A stretch of 64,000 bases of DNA from positions 54,498,001-54,562,000 of the forward strand of contig OX597830.1 in NCBI GenBank assembly GCA_951406725.2, given 5' to 3'. Position numbers and translations under genes: made by a program. The notes under the pieces were generated by a model, which searched no databases, had not been told where the DNA came from, and saw nothing but the letters and a program-made list of their open reading frames with translations. Shown in pieces: positions 1 to 11,798 of this stretch (position 1 is its first letter; the number at the start of each line of letters is the position of its first letter). Origin of the DNA: Octopus vulgaris. Its lineage: Eukaryota.

Positions 1-224
1 TGTTTCAAATGATTTTTAAAATAAATGAGGTATTTAATAAAATGACTTTCTCGTTATTAAGCTGAGGTCTGGAACAAATTTACATAAAATTATGATGGAA
101 GATTATAATTTAGACCACTTTGAAACAGTAAATTTATGTCACAGAACCTAGGGCAGCCTCAGGTGGGTTGGTATCAAAAGGAAGAACCAGCAGGGGCCTC
201 AGTTTGGTTGTTATTGAAAGAGTT

Positions 225-258
<34 letters not shown>

Positions 259-420
259 TTATATTCCCTTTTACTTTTAAGGTGAAATTTTAACTCCTTC
301 CAATTCTAATAATGTATAATCCTTGTAAAACAAAAAACACTCTAACAAACAAAAAAAGAGAAGCAATCTGGTGTCATAAGATCTAATCTTTATTGGTTAA
401 ATATTTAGCAAATTACTTAC

Positions 421-510
421 TTGTCGTAGAAATTTAATTGGGCTTTGTCCTGTCGCATGGCAGTCACCAATATTGGCTCGGATTACTTCTGTGAATGGTT
501 TTGGTACTCC
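421..510 (-). CDS. GPT: Alanine aminotransferase, coding exon 2 (90 nt; not in the ORF track)
   Basis: The reverse complement reads tttacag|GGA GTA CCA...CGA CAA|gtaagt, giving [30 protein letters not shown]. This matches [32 protein letters not shown], has canonical AG/GT sites and is phase 0/0, in frame with exon 1. The gene continues off the left edge. Confidence 0.95.
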
Positions 511-594
511 CTGTAAAGTAGTACAAATTGAAAATTGTCTTTAATAAAATGGCAAAAATCTTGTGAAAAATTTGGAATAAGAATATGTGTTTGT

Positions 595-1330
595 AACAGG
601 GTGGATTAGGATAAAATCCGAGTGCTTTGGGAAGGAATAGGGAGGAGAAGAGTGTAATGGAGGGGATTAAAGGGTAACCAAGTGGATTAGAAAGTAACCA
701 GGAAGGTTGGAGAGTAAGAGGATACCCTGGAAAGTAACAGGGTGGAGTGAAAAGTAATTGAGAGGATTAGAGAGTCAGAGGATACACTAAAGAATAAGGA
801 GGAGGATTAAAGAATAAGAAGGAGGATTAATCCTCTTTCTTACACTGGAGGATACACTGGAGAGCAACAGGGTGATTTGGAAAGTAACTGAGGGGATTTA
901 GAGAGTCGGAGGATACACTAGAGAATAAGAGGGTGGATTAAAGAGTAACTGGGAAGATTGGAGAGTAAGAGACTGCACTGGAGAGTAAGTAAGTGAATTG
1001 GTGGGTAAGGATGGATGGAAGCAGGAGTTGAATGCACCAGGTCAAGAGGTGGACGGTAGGAAAGTAGGTCCTTGATTAGGGTGGGAGGCTACAGGATATG
1101 GATGGAGTTTATAATGTGTAAATGTAGAAAGGTTGGAGTATGCAGTTATGTAGGGAACTATAAGAAGAGTGAGGAGGAAAGAGAGAAAGAGTTAGAGAGT
1201 GGGATACAGAAAGAAAGAAAGAGAAGTATATGTATGTGTGGAAGATAGAGACATGTAAGAATAAAAGAGAAAGAGAAGTATATGTATGTGTGGAAGATAG
1301 AGACATGTAAGAATAAAAGAGAAAGAGAAG
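595..1330. repeat. Purine-rich degenerate ~20-bp minisatellite plus a 52-bp tandem duplication (1217-1330)
   Basis: Recurrent GGATTAGAGAGTAAC / GGATACACTGGAGAG units; exact 52-bp unit present about 2.2 times. Confidence 0.7.
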
Positions 1331-2054
1331 TGGAGAAAGAGGTTGTTTCCTGTATGGAAATAAGACAAAGAGATACTAGTGTGTGTGTGGAAGTCTAAAG
1401 ACATACATGCAGCCAGGCAGGTAGGGTGATCTTACAGTTTATTCTCTTTTATAAGCAATGTATGTGATTAGCACGTTTATTGGTGAAGGTGTAATTTCAT
1501 CATCACTAACTCACTTTACACCTCCTAAAGATTAAAATACCACCATATATACAGCATTAAAATACCTCTCATATATTATTGGAACATAGCAAGAATTTGG
1601 TAAACTGACCCAAAAACCTCCAGAAATAGACTAAAATCTACCAAAATACAGCAAAACCACAGAATGCCTTGGATAATTTCCAAGACACACTTTGTTCTTG
1701 CAACACATTAACTGTCCTTCTGAACCATTGTACATTGCACACCAACCTCCACCATATAACCAATAGTAAAAGTAGAAATTGTAGTAGTAGTAGTAGTAGG
1801 TGGTAGAGGTGCGAATAACTTTTAGTGGGTATGATTATTATCATTATTACATTACTATTATTAAGGTAGTGAGCTGGCAGAGACATTAGTACACCAAACA
1901 AAATGCTTAGTTGCATTTCATCTGTCTTCACATTCTAAGCTCAAATTTTACCAAGGTCAACTGCCACTTTTCTTCTTGAGGATGATAAAATAAGTACCAG
2001 TTAAATACTGGGGTCGATGTAATTGCTGGTCATACGCCAAAATTTGAAACTGCT

Positions 2055-2815
2055 ATTATTATTATCATTATATGTTTGACTTTTGCTTTGTATTTGTAAA
2101 GTTGGCTCCAAGCCTCACCCAGAGATCTCAAGAGACAACAAGCTAGAAGTTCATGTTGGTGTTATGCCTAGGGTGCCATATATTTGGTTTTGCACATGGT
2201 GTTGTTCTAAAGAATGTTTAAGGAAACATAAGAAAATTATGAGTTTGTTTCAAAATTTGGGATTACATAGACAGTATTTTACATAGGATATGGGCAGTTC
2301 CCATGAGTATTATCTTTTGAATTTCTACAATTTTGGGGTTTCCTGGTATCTGAGCTAGATAGCAATCAGTTCCCTTTTGCTATCATTCCTAGAGCACCTA
2401 TGACAACAGGTATTGCTTTAGATTTGAGGTTCCACATTTTGCATAAATTCTATTTCAAGATCTTTTTACTTGCTCAGTTTTTGGTAGGTCTTGATAGACA
2501 CATTTATGTTAATTGGGACAGTCATATCAATGAAGAGACATGATTTTTGTCTGAAGTCTTTCAATATAATGTCTGGCCTATTCACAATTATCCTTCTGTC
2601 AGTTTGAATGGTGAAGTTCCAGAGGATTGAGATGTGATCAATTTCAAGCACTGGAGTTGGTTTGTGTTCCCACCAGTTTTTATCATGGGGCAGGATTTTG
2701 CAAATTACCCAGTGAATATATTGTGCTGCTCTATCATGCCTATTAAGATACTCTGTAGGTGCAAGAAGACTGCACATGGAGACAACATGATCAATGGTTT
2801 CATTTTGTTGTTGAC
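2055..2815 (-). mobile_element. 3' fragment of an RLE-type non-LTR element (R4/Dong-like)
   Basis: ORF 2777-2466 has the knuckle remnant ...C...YLNRHD and the restriction-like endonuclease signature ILWNFTIQTDR...RPDIIL...IDMTVP. The 3' end abuts (TAA)n. Related 3'-end pieces lie at about 13140-13530. Confidence 0.75.
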
Positions 2816-5042
2816 ATGCATGATTAAAGGAAATGAACTGGCAGGATCATCAGAGCATCAGAAGAGAATGCTTCATGGTATTTGTTTGAGCTTTTTAGTT
2901 TTAAGTTCAAAATATTGCAGAGGTGAACATTAATTTCATCCAGCTGAAGTCGAGCAAATCGATCCCAGAACTTATTCTTTGTAAGCCTAGTACTTATTCT
3001 ATCAGTCTCTTTTGCTGAACTGCTAATTACAGGGACATAAACTCATCAGGATTAGTTGTCAAGCAATGGCAGTGGGGACAAACACAGACACATACACATA
3101 TACATACAAAACAAGCTTCTTTCAGTTTCTGTCTACCAAATCCACTCACAAGGCTTTGGTCAGCCTGAGGCTATAATAGAAGACACCTATCCAAGGGACT
3201 GAACCTGGAAACATGTTGTTGGGAAGCTAGTTTCTAACCACACCTCAGCCTGTGCCAGCGTGGAAAATGGATGATGATGATGATAATACTGTCTGTATAT
3301 GTATGTGTGAGAGAGAGAGAGGAAGAGAGAGAAAGGAGGGGGAGAAAGAGAGAGAAAGGAGGGGGAGAAAGAGAGAGAGAGGAAGAGAGAGAAAGGAAGA
3401 TGGGGAGAGAGAGAGAGAGAGAGAGATGTTATTTGATACAAATAATTTATAGTCAGTCAAAGGAAATTTCTTAAAGATTAGTTTAAGTTTACAAGGAGAA
3501 TGAATAGCTGTAACATGATGTCATCTTTGCAAGGAGAACATTTTAATTAAATATTATCGTTTTATATTTGTGAAATATTTTTGCTTTATTTTCTGTCACA
3601 TGCAAACGAATGTGATGAGAGAGAGAGAGAGAGAGAGAGAGCAAACTTCAGAGTAAGGAACCACAACTACAATGAAAATCAAATATTTGGCGCAGATCTG
3701 GAATGGTTATGTTTGGTTTGGTTACCACCCAGCTTGATGTAGTTACTGCATGAATGACACAAAGTGTGCTGCAGTGTGAACCAAAAGAACAAGGGCAATT
3801 ACTGAGACATCAATGCTGCTCAGCACCGCTGCAAATAGTGTGTGTGTGTGAGAGAGAGAGAGAGTGTGTGTCTCTTCTCAATATGGTATGATAGTCATAA
3901 ATGAGAATCACCATCACACAAGTGGTGTCAATCATTTCCAATATTCTACAAAAATACGTCAATCCAAGGGGAAGTATCACGTTGCTTGGAAACAAGTGAA
4001 GGTTGGCAACAGCAGGAGCATCCTGTTGGAACCCTACCCTAGGAAAAATCTACCTGAAAGAATTATATCTAATCTATGCAAGCATGGAAAACTGGACGTT
4101 AAATGATGATGAGGAAACAAAGACCGTAAAAATTGTACAAATGCATCTTTCACCTCTACAGCTACCTTTGTCATCAGACACCATATAATATTTTCCAGTG
4201 GAGGTCAAGAGGTAGAATCAGTTCATTTTGAGAAGCATTGGTCTAAAATGTAGTAGAATATTTTGTTTGTTTGTTTTTTTTTTTAATACTAGAATATGGA
4301 TAAAATTACGGAGATGTACTTGCATAGCAAGTGACCTGATCTGAGATTGTGTGCTGGAACGAAAACAATTGCAGCGTGGAAAGTGTTTATAAGCCATTTA
4401 AGAAACACACAAAAACCATTAGATTCACTTCAACATTTAAATTTAATTTGTCAAAATATTTCCGTTGCTTTGAGACCGCGACCTGTTCACTGACAAAACT
4501 TCATGCTGTGGATTAAATATTTTGCAAGTAAAAAGTACCACTTGTTTCAAATAACAAATCTCTCTCTCTCTCTCTCTCTCTTCTTATTCTTTCTCCCTCA
4601 CTCCAACTTTTCTCTTGCCCTCTGTCTCACTTTTCTCTCTCTCCCCTCTCACTCTCTCCATTCTCTGTCTCTCCCCTTCTCTTTCCACTCTCTGTCTCTC
4701 CTCCTCTCCCTCTCTCTCCTTTCCCATTCTCTCTCCCTCAAGAGTAGAGATATATTGTTTGACACTTTAATAAAAAAAAGAATTAAATATTAAATAATCT
4801 GGTTGCACTCCATGTTGTTTCTGCAACAGTTCAGTGACACAAATAAAGAAATCATAAAATGACGCAATACTTCAAATAATGATTTATATTACAAAACACT
4901 ACATTAGGAAAAATTACCAGTCATAAGGCCATGTACTTCAGAGAAGGGGAGAAGGCAACAGTCAAATACAAAGACTTTTGAAATACAGCTCAGAATTTTG
5001 TCTTGCAGGCTAAGGATTCTGCCAACTTGCCACTGTCAATAA

Positions 5043-5047
<5 letters not shown>

Positions 5048-5095
<48 letters not shown>

Positions 5096-5306
5096 GTTTC
5101 AAATTTTGTCACCAGGGCAGCAATTTTGAGGGAGGGGATGGGTCAGTTACATCGAACCCAGTACTCAAATGGTACTTAATCTATCAACCCCGAAAGGATG
5201 AAAGGTAAAGTTGACCTCGATGGAATTTGAACTCAGAATGTAGCAACAAGCATAATACTGCTAAGCATTTCACCCAGCATGCTAACGATTCTGCCAGCTC
5301 ACCATC

Positions 5307-5341
<35 letters not shown>

Positions 5342-6172
5342 CTTTTCTATTCTAGGCACGAGGCCCAAAATTTTAGGGGATGGGACCTGTTGATTAAATC
5401 AACTCCACTACACAACTGGTACTTAATTTATCGACCCCAAACGGATGAAAGGCGAAGTTGACCTCGGCGGAATTTGGACTCAGAACGTAAAAACAGATGC
5501 AATACCGCTAAGCATTTCACCCGGTGTGCTAACGTTTCTGCCTTTCTACTAAAGGCACATGCCCTAAAATTTTTGGGGAGGGGTCTAGTTGATTACATCG
5601 ACCCCAATGTTTCACTGGTACTTAATTTATCAACTCTGAAAGGATGAAAGGGAAAGTCGACCTCAACAGAATTTGTCCTCAAGATGCAAAGACAGATGAA
5701 GTATTGCTGAGTATTTCATCTGGTGTGCTAATTCTGCCAGCTCACTACCTTCAATGATAACAAATAATAATAATCCTTTCTACTATAGGTACAAAGCCTG
5801 AAATTTTGAGAGAAGTGGAATAGTCAATGACATCAAGTCGAGTGTTGCATTGGTATTTAATTTATCAGTCCTGAAATGATGAAAGGCAAAGTTGACCTTG
5901 GAAGAATTTGAACTCAGAATGTGAGGACAGGCAAAATACCTGTTTCTTTATTACCTACAAGGGGCTAAACATAGAGGGGACAAACAAGGACAGACAAACG
6001 GATTAAGTTGATTACATCGACTCCAGTGTGTAACTGGTACTTAATTTATCGACCCCAAAAGGATGAAAGGCAAAGTCGACTTTGGCGGATTTGAACTCAA
6101 AATGTAACAGCAGGCAAAATACCGCTAAGCATTTCGCCCAGTGTGCTAACGATTCTGCCAGCTTGCTGCCTT
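5048..6172 (-). mobile_element. Cluster of about 5-6 co-oriented SINE family B units separated by (AAT)n
   Basis: Repeated GGATGAAAGGCAAAGTCGACCTCGG...TTTGAACTCAGAA units. Similar chains at 14966-15735(+), 17225-17805(-) and 24585-24977(-). Confidence 0.88.
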
Positions 6173-6477
6173 CTTAATAATGAAACAGCTAATATGAAGA
6201 GCACAATGCAATTGAAATAGATTGTTTATTGGTTTGAAGGATATTTCAACAGCTTGCCTGTCTCTTTCAAGTTCGAAATGTAAAATGAAACACAGAAATT
6301 CGAAATTTTTTATTTCTGTGTTCGTTTTACATTTTGAACATGAAAAAGACAGGCAAGCTGTTGAAATCATTGAAACTGGTAAACAATCCATTTTAATTGC
6401 ATGGCACTCTTTGTATTGCCTAGTTAATTTCATGAAGAGTTACGTAAATCCCTTTAAAATATGATGATAACAATAAC

Positions 6478-6516
<39 letters not shown>

Positions 6517-7179
6517 CAGAAGAAGAAGAAGAAGAAGAAGAAGAAGAATCCTTTCTAATATAGGCACAAGGCTTATAATTCTGGAGAAGGGGTTAGTTGA
6601 TTACACTGATCCCAGTACTCAACTGGTACTTGATAATAATAATAATAAGAAGAACAATGCTTTCTAATTTTTTGGTATAAAGCCATTAATGAATTGAGGA
6701 AAGGGTAAGTAGTAGATACCATCAATTTGACCTGCACTATATCTTACCAAGCCTGGAGTGATGGCAGTTGGTACAAGCATGGTTGTGTGCTTTAAATTCA
6801 CCTCTGAAAGTCTCATGGTTTTGTGTTCAGTCTTATTGTGAAGGCTGACACTTTTGGGTCTGCTGTTATAAGCTTATATAGAGTTGAAGGACACCTGTAG
6901 GGTGGGCAGCAAACTTGAGGTCATCCTGGGTACCCTAGCTTCGCCACTGGGTGAAGAAACAGAGGTTTGTACCTTTCATTTGTTTCTTAACAGAAGAAAA
7001 AAACATGAGATGGCGTAGGAGTGGCTTGCTTGCCGAACCACATGGTTCCAGGTTCAATCCCACTGCATGGTACCTTGGACAAGTGTCTTCTACTATAGCC
7101 TCAGGCCAACCAAAACCTAATGAGTGGATTTGGTAGACGGAAACTGAAGGAAGCCCGTCGTATATATATATATATATAT

Positions 7180-7607
7180 TGTATATTTTTCCCTCACGGG
7201 CTATTCTTTACTGGAAAGCAATACTCTAGTATTGCATTACTAATTTATTGAAACTTCTTCACCGTTCTCGTGCTGTTAGCGTTTCGGCGTTTCAGTCGAG
7301 TGTAATGGCATTAATGTGGTAACATCTGAAAGGTTGTCGTGGTATATGTTTGGCTGATGAAGATAGATCAAGTTTATGGGTGGCAGACATATCTTGAAAA
7401 ATCTGAAACCTGCGCAGGTCCCACATTATCCTTTTCCAGGTATTTCATCTTTCAGATGTTCTCCCTGGAGGTAAGACAATTTTTTCTAGTTTGTTGCACA
7501 CACGCATTTTTGCTAGTACATACGCGGTGAAGCTATACATTAGCGTCGTATTATTACGTTCGCTATTTCCAGTAAATATCGGTACTTCGTTGTGCCATAT
7601 ATTTACT

Positions 7608-7612
<5 letters not shown>
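7180..7612 (+). mobile_element. Hammerhead-bearing non-coding insert (retrozyme / Penelope-like terminal repeat type) in the (TA)n tract of a SINE
   Basis: Unique ~430-nt segment flanked on both sides by (TA)n, splitting an otherwise colinear SINE. It contains the hammerhead and has no credible ORF. Confidence 0.65.
7346..7426 (+). ncRNA. Type I hammerhead ribozyme
   Basis: Core CTGATGA 7354-7360; stem II AGAT/ATCT extended by TCAAG/CTTGA and TATG/CATA; GAAA 7405-7408; stem III palindrome ACCTGCGCAGGT 7408-7419; GTC cleavage triplet 7418-7420; stem I ATG(TT)TGG/CCACAT. Confidence 0.85.
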
Positions 7613-7675
<63 letters not shown>

Positions 7676-8399
7676 ATATGTTTGTGTGTCTGTGTTTGTC
7701 CCCCCAACATCACTTGACAACCAATGCTGGTGTGTTTACGTCCCTGTAACTTAGCTGTTTGACAAGACACCGATAGAATAAGTACTAGGCCTACAAAGAA
7801 TAAGTCCTGGGGTTGATTTACTCGACTAAAAAGCAGTGTTCCAGCATGACCACAGTCAAATGACTGAAACAAGTAAAAAGAGAAAAAAGAGAAAGCGGTC
7901 CAACTTGTAACCTTTGGATACACAACTGTCCCATATGGGACTTCAGTGACACATTTGCTTGAATATGAATACAATGTCCTCGCTGATCAATGCAGTGAGG
8001 ACAAAGATCAATGTCTTTACTGATCAATACTGGAACACAGGTGGAATGATACGAAAAGACGAAAAATAAAAGAAAACAAATATGAAATATGACCAAAATA
8101 GCAATGTATTATGAGTTTCAAATGAGAGATTAGAGACCTCAAGTGGAGGACATGATACATGAGTGCAACAGTTGTAGTGAAATGCAACACACAACACACA
8201 CATAAATATATGGGGAGAAAGAGTGTCTCATGGTAATGTTACGTCTGACGTCGATGACTTCAGAAATTAGTGCATTCAAATACTGACCTAAATAAATGAA
8301 ATAGTAATATATTTCCTTTTGCATGATGTCAGTAAGTAGAGAAATGAGAAGTGGGGAGGCAGTTTACTCAAATACAGGCCACATATGAACTGAGATATG

Positions 8400-9490
<1,091 letters not shown>

Positions 9491-11633
9491 TGTGCGTGTG
9501 TGTGTGTTTCTAGCTTTGTAGCTATGCTGTTTCCTTCATATGTCAGTGAGTACAGAAATTAGAAGTGGATTGTGAAGTATATTCAAATGTTGTCCGCATA
9601 TATACTAATATATATATATATATACGTCATAGAATTAGTATTTCCTACCATTTGTTGGCCCAGTACAGAAATTAGAAGTGAGAGCGGAAGGAGAGGAACA
9701 GGGAAACCTATGTTGAGCTATTAACCACATAGGAAAGAGATACGTTTATACACACACATATTGATATAGTTTCATAGCCAAGACTATTTCTGGCAGGTAA
9801 TGTTGGTGAGAGAAGAAACTAGTCACAAGAGGTGGATATGTTCAAATATTGACTTACAGACTATTATAAATAGATAAATAAAAACTTAATTTCTTCCTGG
9901 TGGTGAGAGTAAAACGTAGTGAAGTAGGTTCAAATACTGATATATTATGTAGAGATAAAATAATGGTTTCTAATTTCGATGCAAGGCCAGCAACTTTTGA
10001 GGGGAGGGTGTCAGTGGATATCATGTGCTTGTCAGGTGCTTTATTTTTTTGAACCTGGAAGGATGAAAGATAAGGTTGACTTAGGCTGGATTTTAACACA
10101 GAATGGGAAGAGCTAGAAGAAATACACCAAGGTGTATTCTCAGATGGGAAAAAGACATTAACTAAATGACTGATATTATTTTTAGAATTTCCAGCAAATA
10201 AGGGAGACAACTCCAGACATTTTCCAGCTATATTGTACCTCCTCAGTAACACAAAGACATCACAGTGCTTGCCAAAGTAGTAGTCATGAAGGGAATCCCT
10301 GAATAAATGTACAAAATTGCATGATTTGTTTCAATTCCGATTCTACACTTTACTTATTCTATCAATCTCTTTTACTAAACCACTAGGTTATGGGAATATA
10401 AACAAACCAACACTGGTTGTCAAGCGGTGATGAAGGACAAATACAACACTAACACAAAGACACAAACACATAGACAGACAGACAGAAACACACACACAAC
10501 AGGCTTCTTTCAGTCTCCATGTATCAAATCCACTCATAAGGCTTTTGTAAGTCTAGGATTATTCTAGAAGATCCCCAAGGTGATGTGCAATGGGACTGAA
10601 CCCAAGACCATATGGTTGAGAAAAAAACTTCTTTAAGCACACAGTCATGCTCTGTGTGTGTGTTTGTGTGCGTGTGAGAGAGAGGGAGAGAGATAGAGAG
10701 AGCGGGAGGGAGAGAGAGAAAGCTTTCTTCTTTTTGTAAAATTTTCCACATGTCATCTCTTGCCTGTACCACCAAACTGGCCCTCGTGCTGGAGGCACGT
10801 AAAAGCACCCACTACACTCTCAGAGTGGTTACGAAGGGCATCCAGCTGTAGAAACACTGCCAGATCAGATTGAAGTCTGGTTCGCCAGACCTCAGTCAAA
10901 TCGTCCAACCCATGCTAGCATGGAAAGCAGACGTTAAATGATGATGATGATGATGATCTCTATATTTTCTAAAAAAATATCACTAACATAATAACTCGAT
11001 TCATACCAAGACTGCACAGCAATCCAAAGAGAGCTGTCTTTCATGTAGTGAACTTTTGTTAATTTGGTTAAGTTCATATGCAAGGACAGAAGAGAATCTA
11101 ATTACGACCTTTCCCAGAAAATGATCCTCTACCCCCAACAACATACAAATTTAACAACTCTAACAATTCAATCAAATCTATGACCATCTCTCAGTAATTT
11201 CTGCCAACCCAGAGACCACCACATTCTTTTTTACTTGTTGTTGCTTGCCTTTGTACAAGAGTCATTGTCCTGTACCCACTTATGTATACAAATGTCCAGT
11301 GGCATTGTTTTGCTATTTATGCATATAAATAATGCGACAACGAAATTCAATGTCACTTAATGTTAAATAAGTCGAATGACAATAAATAATAGCTGGTTTC
11401 CGACTGATGAATAATGTGCTGAAACATCCTTACTAACTCTTTACTGCTAAGCGGTGTGAGTGAATGTGTGAACGCACATGCACATGTGGTGTGTGTGACC
11501 TTAATTTAATAGTCACATTACTAAACTAAATGATTAGATTTCTCTTTCCTCTCTTTTCTTTCCTTCCCTTACTCTCGCTCGCTCTCATATATCTATACAT
11601 CTGCAACAATCTATATATCTATACATATAGATA

Positions 11634-11685
<52 letters not shown>

Positions 11686-11760
11686 TCGCCATGTTGATTC
11701 GTTAGTTACTGCACGCATTTTTTTCTCTCCTTCTTTCTGTGTTTTTTTTCTCTCTGTGTA

Positions 11761-11798
11761 TCTTTCTGTTGAAGAGTGTAGGCTCGAAACGTTAAAGA
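11761..11798 (+). ncRNA. Minimal hammerhead-like motif (variant core) in a second (TA)n-flanked insert, about 11684-11897
   Basis: TCTTT-CTGTTGA-A-GAGT gtag GCTC-GAAACGT-T-AAAGA. Stem I TCTTT/AAAGA, stem II GAGU/GCUC, palindromic stem III AACGTT. The core has U at position A6. Confidence 0.55.

Noticed and set aside
11400-11430. CTGATGA ataatgtgct GAAAC
   Set aside because: No stems II, III or I; chance match.
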